From Rhizobium sp. Q54 (GTDB taxonomy: Bacteria; Pseudomonadota; Alphaproteobacteria; UBA7879; VGCX01), in the NCBI GenBank assembly GCA_945870825.1, contig CAMBTM010000001.1:26926-90925 (forward strand): a stretch of 64,000 bases of DNA. The letters run 5' to 3'. Position numbers and translations under genes: made by a program. The first letter of the stretch is position 1. Each line of letters starts with the position of its first letter. Below the pieces are notes generated by a model, which was given only the letters and a program-made list of their open reading frames with translations, made no database searches and was not told the DNA's origin. Positions 40,591-50,388 of this stretch are shown here, one piece after another.

Positions 40591-41208
40591 ATGGAACCGA
40601 ACATGATACTCGAAAACAAGTTAAACATCACCAATCAGGTAGAACTGGCCAAAGCAGAAGAAAAAATCAGCAAGCGAAAAGCCAAGCAGCTTTTTGACTC
40701 CGGTGATATTGCCAAAGTGGAAGTCTGCACCTTCGCCGGACTTGCTTTCATCCACGCCTATTTGTTTGAAGATATTTATGACTTTGCAGGCAAAATCCGA
40801 GAGGTTAACATCGCCAAGGGAAAATTCCGTTTTGCGCCACTGATGTATCTTCAAGCCTCTCTGGAACATATCGACACTATGCTGCAAGGCAGCGTTGATC
40901 AGATTATCGAAAAATATGTGGAGATGAATATTGCCCACCCCTTTCGTGAGGGCAACGGACGCGCTACCCGCATCTGGCTAGACATGATCTTGAAAAAAGA
41001 GAAGAAGCAGGTGGTGGATTGGAATTTGGTCGATAAAGATGAGTACCTTTCCGCCATGGAGCGCAGCGTGGTGAAGGATGTGGAAATCAAAATCCTGCTG
41101 CAAAAAGCACTGACTGATCAAATTCATGACCGCGCCCTCTTTATGAAAGGCATTGATGTCAGTTATTACTACGAAGGATATAGCGAGTTCAAAACAGAAG
41201 AGCTTTAG
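40591..41208 (+). CDS. fic: Fic-domain protein (AMPylation/phosphocholination family), class III with C-terminal inhibitory motif
   Basis: Fic motif HPFREGNGRATR. C-terminal SYYYEG matches the [S/T]xxxE[G/N] autoinhibition motif. Composition is more GC-rich than the flanks. Confidence 0.85.
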   Translation: MEPNMILENKLNITNQVELAKAEEKISKRKAKQLFDSGDIAKVEVCTFAGLAFIHAYLFEDIYDFAGKIREVNIAKGKFRFAPLMYLQASLEHIDTMLQGSVDQIIEKYVEMNIAHPFREGNGRATRIWLDMILKKEKKQVVDWNLVDKDEYLSAMERSVVKDVEIKILLQKALTDQIHDRALFMKGIDVSYYYEGYSEFKTEEL

Positions 41209-41302
41209 AGCCGCTTAGAAAATAACTATGACAAGGCTCTGTCGCATGTAAAAACGACACGTCTGAAAGTAGCGTGAATATTGAACTTAACATTTCCGAC
41301 CC

Positions 41303-42127
41303 CTACAACCCCGCCTTGACCTTTTGATCCAAGTCCGGGAAACGGATATGGTTCATCAAGTTCCGAAGCTCTTGTTTTGCTGCCACATGAGATAAGGTCA
41401 AGGGACGTCCCACGTCTTGAAGGTCCAATAACGTTAATCCAGACAAAAACAACTCCCGAAAGATCACGCGTTCACTGAATCCAGGGACCTGACGGAATGC
41501 AAGACGTTTGGACAAGGTGTTTAAAACCGTTTCCATTTTTTCTTTGTTATTAGCATGAATATGGGATAAGCGGTTCCGTAAAACAATCCAATCGATGGAT
41601 CCTCGGTCTCTTACAGCCCTGTTTTTCTTTTGTTCCCACACCCAATCAGCATAAATACTGGGACGGTCCAACTCCAAAGAGTCCGCCTTTAAATGGGCCA
41701 ACACATCCAAATCGATGAAACTATCGTTCAACGGTGTAATAAGGGTATCAGCATAGGAATGGGCAAGCCTTGACAGATAAATATCATGGCCAGGGGTATC
41801 AATCACCACAAAGTCACATTTTTGAAGGGATGAAAAAACTTTTTCAAAAGCGGCCGTGTCTTCTGCCTCGGCAACTTTTGTGGAATCCGCTTGGGACCGT
41901 TCAATGCGATGGTGTTCCGGCATAGGCAATTCAATATCATAGTTATTGGCAAAAGTTTTCCTGTTTTCAATATACCGTGACAAGGTCCCCTGGCGCGCAT
42001 CAATATCGATACTTCCAACCTTATACCCAAGCCTCAGCAAAGCTGTCATGACATGCATGGCAGTCGTTGATTTTCCGGTTCCACCCTTTTCATTGCCAAG
42101 TACAATTACATATGGTTTTTTTGACAT
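41303..42127 (-). CDS. mipZ: ParA-like division-site positioning ATPase MipZ
   Basis: GNEKGGTGKST deviant Walker A, IDIDARQ and VIDTPGHD. Overall resemblance to Caulobacter MipZ, recalled from memory. Confidence 0.8.
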   Translation of the reverse strand: MSKKPYVIVLGNEKGGTGKSTTAMHVMTALLRLGYKVGSIDIDARQGTLSRYIENRKTFANNYDIELPMPEHHRIERSQADSTKVAEAEDTAAFEKVFSSLQKCDFVVIDTPGHDIYLSRLAHSYADTLITPLNDSFIDLDVLAHLKADSLELDRPSIYADWVWEQKKNRAVRDRGSIDWIVLRNRLSHIHANNKEKMETVLNTLSKRLAFRQVPGFSERVIFRELFLSGLTLLDLQDVGRPLTLSHVAAKQELRNLMNHIRFPDLDQKVKAGL

Positions 42128-42139
42128 AGTTATCCTCTT

Positions 42140-43348
42140 TTATTTTCTCTTATTATATCGTTCCCACAACGCATCCATTTCAAAAAGACCTTCTTGAAGT
42201 TGGATGGCATGGCAAGCCTCAAGCACGTCTTGAAACGCCTCAGGCGACAACTCTGGACACCATTTTAGCAGGTGACGTCCTTTGATGATAGGGCGTATTT
42301 TTTGAAGATCAAGGGCCCCTAGCCTATCAAAAGAAGCACGCAAAGCATTGGGACCCTTGAGGATATCCATCATGACAAAGAATTTTTCTATGGCTATGCT
42401 ACTTTTATCAAAATCAAATGCCATTTTTCTATAAACATATTCAGATGATGTATTGAGTTTGTAAAACGTCTGGTACAAAAAAAAGACCTGTTTAAAGACC
42501 TGATGAGAGACCTTAAGTCCCTGCAAAAAAGGCTTTGGATCTTTCATGGGAAGGGTCAGTAACGTGATCATCAACGAGAAATCAACATACATTGATCCCT
42601 CAAGACGTTTCCCTGCCGCTTGATCCACCCATTGTAAAAGATCCTCCGTCAGGGCAAGATCTTGAAAAAACCCCAAAAGACCAGCATCCCTTAAAAATAT
42701 CAAGCCATAAGAAGGCTTTACGCCTTTGATCAGAAGCTTCTTCATTTCTTCCAAAACGCGCTCTGATGGAAGTTCTGATAAATCTAACTGAGAACAAAGG
42801 GTTATTAATGCATCCGTTGGCGTCATAACAAAGCGCGCCGCAAACTGGGCAACACGTAAAGCCCGCAAAGGATCTTCCCCGAAAGACTCAGGATTTGTGG
42901 GCCTTAAAATGCCAGCCCTTAAATCAGCTTCACCCCCCCAAGGATCCAAAATCTCATTTCGCAGGGGATCATACCCCATGCTGTTGATCGTCAAATCACG
43001 TCTGGAAGAAGCGTCTTTAAATGAAAGGGTTGGATCCAATGCAACATCAAATCCCTTATGCCCCTGGCCTATTTTCTTCTCAACTCTTGGGATAGCCACT
43101 TCAATCCCAAGATGCATGGGATAAAAAATACCAAACCGTTTACCGATGATCTTGAGCGGCCCAAACTTTTTTAAAAGAATCTCTAACACCTCAGGGGTAA
43201 GCCCATACACCTCTGCATCAAAATCTTTAGGCGTTTGGTGAAGCAGAAGATCCCGTACACATCCCCCTACAAAAACAAGGTTCCCACCTTGCTTTTGAAC
43301 CTCTATAATAAGGTCATGAAACTTTTGCGCGAGGTCTTTAAACGTCAT
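42140..43348 (-). CDS. cca: CCA-adding tRNA nucleotidyltransferase / poly(A) polymerase family
   Basis: N-terminal GGCVRDLLL...DFD nucleotidyltransferase motif. Confidence 0.8.
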   Translation of the reverse strand: MTFKDLAQKFHDLIIEVQKQGGNLVFVGGCVRDLLLHQTPKDFDAEVYGLTPEVLEILLKKFGPLKIIGKRFGIFYPMHLGIEVAIPRVEKKIGQGHKGFDVALDPTLSFKDASSRRDLTINSMGYDPLRNEILDPWGGEADLRAGILRPTNPESFGEDPLRALRVAQFAARFVMTPTDALITLCSQLDLSELPSERVLEEMKKLLIKGVKPSYGLIFLRDAGLLGFFQDLALTEDLLQWVDQAAGKRLEGSMYVDFSLMITLLTLPMKDPKPFLQGLKVSHQVFKQVFFLYQTFYKLNTSSEYVYRKMAFDFDKSSIAIEKFFVMMDILKGPNALRASFDRLGALDLQKIRPIIKGRHLLKWCPELSPEAFQDVLEACHAIQLQEGLFEMDALWERYNKRK

Positions 43349-43384
43349 GATAGTCCTATGTTTTAATTCACGTTACATCATCTC

Positions 43385-44080
43385 ATGAATATTGTCTCCT
43401 ACCCCTCGCCCAATTTTAATGAGCGCCTTCCTGAAGCTGGTGGGAAGCCGGATATGATCATTCTCCATCATACTAATATGGCCTCTGCAGAATTGGCATT
43501 AGAACGTCTTACAGACCCTGCAAGTGAGGTCAGCTGCCATTATCTTATCCATAAGGATGGAACGATTTATCACCTTGTCCAAGAAAAAGAACGCGCATGG
43601 CATGCAGGTCGGGTGAGTCATTGGAAAAACAGAGAAAAAATAAATTCTTATTCCATCGGGATTGAAATTGATAGTTTAGGGGATATTTTTACAAAACCCC
43701 AAATGGAATCTCTTGTTGCTTTAATCCAAGACATCCGCACCCGCTACGAAATCCCCAACACCCACATTCTAGGGCATTCTGATATTGCGCCAGACCGAAA
43801 AGACGACCCTAGTGAACATTTTGATTGGGAGTATCTGGGGGAAAAAGGAATTGGGTGCATGCCAGATCATGTTCCACTCTTAGATCAAATCCCGCCCACG
43901 CTAGAGATTCAAAAGATCCTACAAACCATTGGATATGCCATTCAACTGACGGGCCTTTTAGATGATCAGACCATCAATGTCATCAAGGCCTTTCAACGGC
44001 ATTTTAGGCGTACAAAAGTGGATGGGGTTGTGGACCTTGAAACAGCTGGTCGGATGGTGAGAATTAAAGAATTATTTTAA
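43385..44080 (+). CDS. ampD: N-acetylmuramoyl-L-alanine amidase (AmpD-like, Amidase_2) with C-terminal PG-binding domain
   Basis: Amidase_2 hallmarks HHTNM, CHYLIHKDG and WHAG. Confidence 0.8.
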   Translation: MNIVSYPSPNFNERLPEAGGKPDMIILHHTNMASAELALERLTDPASEVSCHYLIHKDGTIYHLVQEKERAWHAGRVSHWKNREKINSYSIGIEIDSLGDIFTKPQMESLVALIQDIRTRYEIPNTHILGHSDIAPDRKDDPSEHFDWEYLGEKGIGCMPDHVPLLDQIPPTLEIQKILQTIGYAIQLTGLLDDQTINVIKAFQRHFRRTKVDGVVDLETAGRMVRIKELF

Positions 44081-44613
44081 AGTTTCCGCTCAATGCGCTT
44101 AACCGTACGCCCATGAGGGCCTTTAACGTGCGCAAAGGTATCCTCCAAGGACTCTAAAAGCTCTGGCAAGATTTCATTAAAGTCAGAACTATACGTCTCA
44201 AGGTTGACAGTAAAAGTCATAGACTCTTTCTTGCATCCAATATCTTCAATAATGATAATCAGCTGATGATAATAAAGAGGACCCGCGTTCGGCGCTTGTG
44301 GAAGTCTATTGTCATCTTGATCTTCTTCCACTTCAACCCCTGGAGCCTTTGCATCCAAGACCTCATGGTTAATGGTTACAAGAACCGTTGCCTCTTTTGT
44401 GGCATCAAAAACATATCCTTGGGTTGTTAAATTTTTCTTGAGCCACTGGGTGGTTGCTGCATAAATCTTTCCATCTACACCATAAATATTGGGGCTAAAG
44501 GCTGTGAGCTTTTCAGTCCCACACGAAGACTTTGAGAGACTTGTATAGGTGGCCATGTCGTAGCTACACATTGATAGCAACAGTAAGATCAATAAAGAAT
44601 AACAATGCCGCAT
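44077..44613 (-). CDS. Hypothetical secreted protein or lipoprotein
   Basis: 178 aa with an N-terminal hydrophobic signal containing Cys (LLSMCSYDMA). Acidic middle region. No recognisable family. Confidence 0.4.
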   Translation of the reverse strand: MRHCYSLLILLLLSMCSYDMATYTSLSKSSCGTEKLTAFSPNIYGVDGKIYAATTQWLKKNLTTQGYVFDATKEATVLVTINHEVLDAKAPGVEVEEDQDDNRLPQAPNAGPLYYHQLIIIIEDIGCKKESMTFTVNLETYSSDFNEILPELLESLEDTFAHVKGPHGRTVKRIERKL

Positions 44614-44741
44614 CTTAAAGGCTCCTTCATATTATCGTTCTAGACGCCATAGGGTTAATCTTACCAAAAATAGAAAGACTCCGCAAAACTAAAAGAAGTT
44701 CACAAAAAAACTGCCCCAGAAGGGGCAGTGTGAAAAATTTC

Positions 44742-45245
44742 TTAACGCTTCGAGAACTGGAAGCTCCGGCGCGCTTTCCGACGACCGTATTTCTTACGTT
44801 CAACAGTACGGCTATCCCGTGTCAAGAACCCGCCAACTTTCAAGGCTTTGCGAAGTTCTGGCTCAAAATTAATCAATGCCCGGCTGATCCCAAAACGAAT
44901 GGCACCCGCTTGACCAGAAAGCCCACCGCCCTTGACGGTACAAATAACGTCATAGCTGGCCTTGCGTCCTGCCGCCAAAAAAGGTTGATTCAAAATCATC
45001 CGAAGCGTTGGCCGACCAAAATAACTTTCAAAGTCCCGCTTGTTAACGGTAATCAAGCCTTTTCCAGGCTTGATCCATACACGGGCAACCGAGTCTTTAC
45101 GACGTCCTGTGGCATAAGCCCGCCCTTGTTTGTCGATCTTTGGCTTTACCGGCCCATCAGCAACGGCTGCTTTTTCTGCTGTAACCGGCTTTGTTACAGT
45201 TACTTCTCTCTTGAGGCTGGAAAGGTCCATTTTATTTTCTACCAT
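44742..45245 (-). CDS. rpsI: 30S ribosomal protein S9
   Basis: C-terminus [19 protein letters not shown]...[18 protein letters not shown]. Confidence 0.95.
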   Translation of the reverse strand: MVENKMDLSSLKREVTVTKPVTAEKAAVADGPVKPKIDKQGRAYATGRRKDSVARVWIKPGKGLITVNKRDFESYFGRPTLRMILNQPFLAAGRKASYDVICTVKGGGLSGQAGAIRFGISRALINFEPELRKALKVGGFLTRDSRTVERKKYGRRKARRSFQFSKR

Positions 45246-45248
45246 GAT

Positions 45249-45710
45249 TTAGATCCTTTTATTTTTTGGATTCATGCCGGCAACGTCCAACACTTCTGGT
45301 TTTTGAGCACCATGAGGATGGTTTGGACCTGCATAGACAAAAAGATTACTCATCTGTTGACGCCCCAAGGGCCCCTTTGAAATCATACGTTTTACAGCAT
45401 TAATAACAACTGTTTCTGGATTTTTTCCTTCAATCAATTGGCGCATCGTGCGCTCTTTAATACCGCCTGGGTGGCCTGTGTGCCAGTAGAAAATTTTGTC
45501 ATGGAACTTATTGCCTGTAAGGCGCACCTTCTCGGCATTAATCACGATGATATTATCACCGCAATCAAGATTGGGTGTATATTCCGGCTTATGCTTACCA
45601 CGAAGACGCGTTGACAAAACAGCCGCAAGCCGCCCTAATACAACACCTTCTGCATCCACAACATGCCAAAGCTTGTTGATGTCTGACGCTTTTAATGAAT
45701 ATGTTTTCAT
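45249..45710 (-). CDS. rplM: 50S ribosomal protein L13
   Basis: Conserved L13 sequence, upstream of rpsI. Confidence 0.95.
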   Translation of the reverse strand: MKTYSLKASDINKLWHVVDAEGVVLGRLAAVLSTRLRGKHKPEYTPNLDCGDNIIVINAEKVRLTGNKFHDKIFYWHTGHPGGIKERTMRQLIEGKNPETVVINAVKRMISKGPLGRQQMSNLFVYAGPNHPHGAQKPEVLDVAGMNPKNKRI

Positions 45711-46127
45711 TTTCTTTTAAAACCTCTTTACGATTTGATGGTCCATATATAGGGGGTTCGAAAACTGTTGTCAATGTTCTAAGACGATTAAATTTACTGG
45801 ATGATTGGAGGAGGTGTTATGATACCGTCCCTGTGTTCATTCATCCATAACAGGCCATATAGATGATAGAAACTAAGCATATTCCATGAAATTTTTTGCA
45901 AGACAACGAGGACAAACAGCAAAAATGCTATTAGTAGTAGTAAATTTGGCCAACTAGTTGATTTGAAAGGAAAAATAGAAAAATTCAAATACCCTAAAGA
46001 ATTCTCTTGCAGGCCTGTTCTCATTCACGTCGGGGGTATCCATGAGCAAGTCATCAATAATGGATATTTTTCAGAAATTATTAACTTCGCAGAACTTCTT
46101 GAATAAACTCCAACAAAGCCTCAAGAA

Positions 46128-46204
46128 TGGTCGGAACGGCGGGATTTGAACCCACGACCCCTACACCCCCAGTGTAGTGCGCTACCAGGCTGCGCTACGC
46201 TCCG
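46128..46204 (-). tRNA. tRNA-Pro (anticodon GGG)
   Basis: Manual cloverleaf: acceptor CGGAGCG/CGTTCCG, anticodon stem CTACA/TGTAG, loop CTGGGGG, T-loop TTCAAAT, encoded CCA. Confidence 0.8.
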
Positions 46205-46271
46205 TTACCATGACGGAGACTATAGACCACTTAGGACTTAAAAAACAAGAAAGAAGTGAAGAAAGAAACCC

Positions 46272-46577
46272 TTAAGACTTTTTACAGCCACTCGCGACAG
46301 ACGCCTTCATAATACGGGACGGGCGAAAACCTGTCACACGACGGGAAGAAATGACCGCTTCTTCAAGGGTCCGGGGGTTGCGTCCAATACGCTCTTTCTT
46401 TTGACGGGAAAAGAAAACACCAAAGAGAGGGATTTTGACTTCTTTGTCTTTTTTCAAGGCATGGGTGATCTCATCAAAAACAGCGGCAATGATATCCATG
46501 GATTCTTCCCGCTTAACGTCATGTTTTTTCCGCAAGATGTTAGACAAAGCCAACCGCGTTAATGTTTTCCCATTCAT
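46272..46577 (-). CDS. ihfA: Integration host factor subunit alpha
   Basis: HU/IHF fold with GRNPRT motif. Conserved rpmF-plsX-fabH-ihfA order. Start taken at MNGKTLT. Confidence 0.85.
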   Translation of the reverse strand: MNGKTLTRLALSNILRKKHDVKREESMDIIAAVFDEITHALKKDKEVKIPLFGVFFSRQKKERIGRNPRTLEEAVISSRRVTGFRPSRIMKASVASGCKKS

Positions 46578-46637
46578 GAAAAATCTCCCAAAAATAATTC
46601 TTATATTTAGAGTATCGGGAATAGGGAAAAGTGTCAA

Positions 46638-47636
46638 TTACCCCCAACGCACCAGCGCAGATCCCCAGGTTAATCCGGCCCCCAAAGCATCCAATAAAAC
46701 AAGATCTCCTTTTTTGATGCGCCCATCCATAACGGCAGCATCAAGGGCCAAGGGAATCGATGCTGCAGAGGTATTCGCATGCAAAGAAACCGTCTTAATC
46801 ACTTTATGGGATGGAAAATCAAACCGTTTCACAAGCGCATCAATAATCCGCTCATTAGCCTGGTGTGGCACAAACCAGTCGATATCGTCAGCCGTAAGGC
46901 CTGTATCAGAAAGCATTTCTTCAATCGCCCCGCCCAACTTTTCAACAGCATGGCGAAAAACATCCTGGCCCTTCATGATCATAGTTCCAAAACATGTACC
47001 AGACCCAGGACCTTCGGTCATTTGCAAAATATCATTCAACTGCCCATCTGAATGGAGGAATGTCTTTAAAATCCCAAAATCGGCCAAAGATCCAGCCCCA
47101 TCCCTTGCCTCTAACACAACAGCCCCTGCACCGTCGCCGAAAAGAATGGCTGTGGAGCGATCGTTCCAGTCCAAAAGCCGTGACATAGTTTCAGCCCCCA
47201 CAACAATCCCGCGCTGGGCCTGACCTGTCGTAATAAAGTTATTGGCAACTGCAAGGGCATAGATGAAACCCCCACAAACCGCCTGAATATCAAAAGCAAA
47301 CCCCTTGCTCATCCCAAGAAGCCCCTGCAACCGCGTACTGGTAGACGGAAATATTTGATCAGGGGTAGTCGTCGCACAAATGATAAAATCTAAATCATCA
47401 ACTCCCCTTCCAGAACTCTTCAGGGCTTTTTTGCAAGCCGCTAAGGCCAAATCAGAGGTTTTCTCATGATCCCCTGCCACATGACGTTGGTGAATGCCCG
47501 TGCGTGACACAATCCAATCATGGGTTGTGTCTACAAGTTGGGACAGATCATGATTGGTGATAATTTTTTCAGGAAGGAAGGAACCAACCCCAATAATAGC
47601 GGATCTCTTATTCATTCTTTTCGGCGTTTTCCGCAA
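46638..47636 (-). CDS. fabH: 3-oxoacyl-ACP synthase III
   Basis: FabH N-terminus SAIIGVGSFLPE and C-terminal GN...GAGLTWG. Confidence 0.9.
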   Translation of the reverse strand: MRKTPKRMNKRSAIIGVGSFLPEKIITNHDLSQLVDTTHDWIVSRTGIHQRHVAGDHEKTSDLALAACKKALKSSGRGVDDLDFIICATTTPDQIFPSTSTRLQGLLGMSKGFAFDIQAVCGGFIYALAVANNFITTGQAQRGIVVGAETMSRLLDWNDRSTAILFGDGAGAVVLEARDGAGSLADFGILKTFLHSDGQLNDILQMTEGPGSGTCFGTMIMKGQDVFRHAVEKLGGAIEEMLSDTGLTADDIDWFVPHQANERIIDALVKRFDFPSHKVIKTVSLHANTSAASIPLALDAAVMDGRIKKGDLVLLDALGAGLTWGSALVRWG

Positions 47637-48660
47637 GATCTAGGGAAAGGGCATGGAGTTTTTCTTCGATTTGTTTTTGAAGACCATGGGAAACCATCTG
47701 GGTTGCCACTTTAATGGCATTGGCATAAGCCACCCCATCAGCACCCCCGTGACTTTTGATAGCAATGCCCCCAAGACCAATCAACATGGCACCGTTGTGA
47801 AGCTTGGGATTCATACGATCCTTCATGCGCTGCAATGGCTTGAGGATCAAAAGACCACCAAGTTTGGATATCCAAGAACTGTGAATCGACTCTTTCAAAA
47901 GGCTTGTCATAAATGTCGCCATACCCTCAGAAGCTTTCAAGGCAATATTACCACTAAACCCGTCGGTTACAACGACATCTGCTTCGCCTTTAATAATACG
48001 ATCGCCCTCGATAAATCCTTGAAAGTTCAACGTACGCGTCGCCCGCTTAAGAATCGCTGCGGCCGTTTGGACCTCCACATTCCCTTTCATCTCTTCAGCA
48101 CCGACATTGAGAAGGGCAATCGTTGGGTTTGCAATGCCCATCACGTCTCGGGCATAAATGTCGCCCATGACAGCAAACTCAACAAGATTAGAACTATCGC
48201 AGGATACATTGGCCCCAAGATCCAACATCACACAACTACCTTTTGCTGTTGGAAAAGAAGCCACAAAGGCGGGGCGCGAAATCCCCGTCATCGCCTTGAG
48301 GACAAACTTAGCAATAGCCATATAGGCTCCTGTGTTTCCTGCAGAAACAACGGCATCTGCCGTTCCATCGGCCACAGCGTTAACAGCAAGACGCATGCTG
48401 GATTGACGGCCTTGCCTTAAAGCAACAGAAGGCTTGTCTTCATTTGTAATGTAATCTTGAGTATGGACAATTTGAGAAACAGCCTGAAGGGCTGGGTAAT
48501 TTTCTAAAAAAGGCATCAGACGACCCTGATCCCCAAAAAGAATAAAACGAAGGGATGGATTGTGCTTAATGGCGAGAGATGCCCCCTCTATCACCGACAA
48601 GGGGGCATTGTCTCCCCCCATGGCATCTAACGCAAGCGTTATGAAAGGGCTAGGCGCCAT
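47608..48660 (-). CDS. plsX: Phosphate acyltransferase PlsX
   Basis: LALDAMGGDNAP N-terminal signature. Confidence 0.9.
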   Translation of the reverse strand: MAPSPFITLALDAMGGDNAPLSVIEGASLAIKHNPSLRFILFGDQGRLMPFLENYPALQAVSQIVHTQDYITNEDKPSVALRQGRQSSMRLAVNAVADGTADAVVSAGNTGAYMAIAKFVLKAMTGISRPAFVASFPTAKGSCVMLDLGANVSCDSSNLVEFAVMGDIYARDVMGIANPTIALLNVGAEEMKGNVEVQTAAAILKRATRTLNFQGFIEGDRIIKGEADVVVTDGFSGNIALKASEGMATFMTSLLKESIHSSWISKLGGLLILKPLQRMKDRMNPKLHNGAMLIGLGGIAIKSHGGADGVAYANAIKVATQMVSHGLQKQIEEKLHALSLDLAENAEKNE

Positions 48661-48662
48661 CT

Positions 48663-48869
48663 TTATTCTTCTTGTGCTGTCTCTTCGACTGCTTCCTTGA
48701 AGACAAGGACTTCCCGCTTGTTGTAATACCCACAGGCATCACAAATATGGTGAGGACGCATATGTTCCCCACAGTTTGAACACTCTACATAACCAGGAAT
48801 CGCCAAGTGATGGTGAGACCGACGCATATTGCGTTGACACTTGGACGTTTTTTTCTTTGGAACTGCCAT
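48663..48869 (-). CDS. rpmF: 50S ribosomal protein L32
   Basis: MAVPKKKTS start and a Cys4 zinc ribbon. Confidence 0.9.
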   Translation of the reverse strand: MAVPKKKTSKCQRNMRRSHHHLAIPGYVECSNCGEHMRPHHICDACGYYNKREVLVFKEAVEETAQEE

Positions 48870-49032
48870 TACAATTCTCCAATCTCTAAAAGGACATGAA
48901 CGGTTTAAACGTTACATACCAAAAATTCATAAAATAATCCCAAAACAATATGGGACACAAAGCTTTTCATTTCAAGTTTTTGAACACTTAAAATATCTCA
49001 CTAGACTTAACCATCGTCTAAAGGAACAAAAT

Positions 49033-49109
<77 letters not shown>

Positions 49110-49122
49110 TTTTGTTATTAAG

Positions 49123-49197
49123 TGGTGGGCGATGACGGGATTGAACCGCCGACCCTCTCGGTGTAAACGAGACGCTCTACCGCTGAGCTAATCACCC
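49123..49197 (-). tRNA. tRNA-Val (anticodon TAC)
   Basis: Manual fold: GGGTGATTAGCTCAGCGGTAGAGC..., anticodon loop TTTACAC, T-arm GGTTCAATCC, CCA. Confidence 0.85.
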
Positions 49198-49269
49198 TAA
49201 CCACATGGATATATAACAAATGACCCCGCCGGGATCAATCTTTAAATTTTAAAAAAATAAGATCTCGTT

Positions 49270-49545
49270 TTAACCAGCAATTTGATCTTTCAGTGTTTTA
49301 CCTGCACGAAACTTTGGAACGCATGTTGCAGCAATCTTCAAAGGCTCACCTGTACGAGGATTGCGGCCTTCTGTCGCCTTACGCTTTGCTGTCAAAAATG
49401 TCCCAAATCCAACAAGACGCACTTCGTCGCCCTTCGCTAATGTACTTGAAATAACTTCAAATACACTGTCAACCGCTTGACCAGCGGCTGCCTTTGTAAG
49501 GCCTGCGCGTTCTGCAACTTCTGTGATCAATTCATTTTTATTCAT
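49270..49545 (-). CDS. hupB: DNA-binding protein HU
   Basis: MNKNELI... start and GFGTF...GRNPRTGE motif. Confidence 0.85.
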   Translation of the reverse strand: MNKNELITEVAERAGLTKAAAGQAVDSVFEVISSTLAKGDEVRLVGFGTFLTAKRKATEGRNPRTGEPLKIAATCVPKFRAGKTLKDQIAG

Positions 49546-49753
49546 CATTTTCCTCTTTATTTGGAATATTGGTTAAACATCCGCGCATACTAGATTGATT
49601 CCCCAGAATTAGTCAACAATCCTTTTCGAAAAAGCATTTGATAGCATAAACAATTGGAAAGGTGGAAAAAGTAAAATTTATCAACTTGACGGAGACTAAA
49701 AAAATACCACACTCATTGGACGCACAGGCGTTGTAGACTTTATCCCACCCCAT

Positions 49754-49791
49754 TGACGCAGTGTCGCATTGTAATTATTATGTGATCACAT
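49754..49791 (+). promoter_or_regulatory. Candidate sigma70 promoter (TTGACG-N17-TATTAT) overlapping the perfect 12-bp palindrome ATGTGATCACAT, immediately upstream of mazE
   Basis: Seen directly. The palindrome at 49780-49791 overlaps the -10 hexamer, as expected for an autoregulatory TA operator. Confidence 0.5.
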
Positions 49792-49807
49792 TTGGGGGAA
49801 TGAAGCA

Positions 49808-50068
49808 ATGATGCAGGCAAAGATTATTAAAATTGGTAACTCAAAGGGACTCAGAATCCCAAAGGCAATCCTGGAGCAATGTAAAATGGAAAACATCGTT
49901 AATTTAACCGTAGAAGAAGGTAAACTTGTCATAACACCCTACAAAAACCCTAGAGAAGGATGGGAAGAGGCGGCACGTAAACTTGCTGCGAGTGGCGATG
50001 ATTCCCTTCTTGATGCAGAATATGTGGGATATCCCTTGGACAATGATGATGAATGGGAATGGAAATGA
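49808..50068 (+). CDS. mazE: MazE/PemI (AbrB/SpoVT-fold) antitoxin
   Basis: IIKIGNSKGLRIPKAIL swapped-hairpin motif and an acidic C-terminus. Confidence 0.75.
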   Translation: MMQAKIIKIGNSKGLRIPKAILEQCKMENIVNLTVEEGKLVITPYKNPREGWEEAARKLAASGDDSLLDAEYVGYPLDNDDEWEWK

Positions 50069-50388
50069 TAAGAACGTCTCGATTTGACGTTTTTCTTGTT
50101 TCTCTTGACCCGTCTCATGGACATGAAATACGTAAAACACGTCCCTGTGTTGTCCTATCCCCTAATGAATTAAATAACCACTTGAAAACTGTCATTATTG
50201 CTCCTATGACCAGTAAGGCTAGAGATTTTCCAACAAGAATTCAGACAACCTTCCAAGGAAAAAGGGGCAATATCATGCTTGAACAGATTCGCACCGTCGA
50301 TAAAACAAGACTCATGAAAAAGCTTGGAACATTAGATCCCACAACATCTTCTCTTTCTCTGATTGGTTTAAAAAGAATGTTCGAATGA
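50065..50388 (+). CDS. mazF: MazF/PemK-family endoribonuclease toxin
   Basis: MIRTSRFDVFLVSLDPSHGHEIRKTRPCVVLS signature. ATGA overlap with the mazE stop. Confidence 0.8.
   Translation: MIRTSRFDVFLVSLDPSHGHEIRKTRPCVVLSPNELNNHLKTVIIAPMTSKARDFPTRIQTTFQGKRGNIMLEQIRTVDKTRLMKKLGTLDPTTSSLSLIGLKRMFE

Noticed and set aside
45794-46127. 76-aa minus-strand ORF and a 35-codon plus-strand ORF in the rplM upstream / tRNA-Pro region
   Set aside because: Both run through promoter and tRNA sequence and carry no recognisable motifs. Probably spurious.
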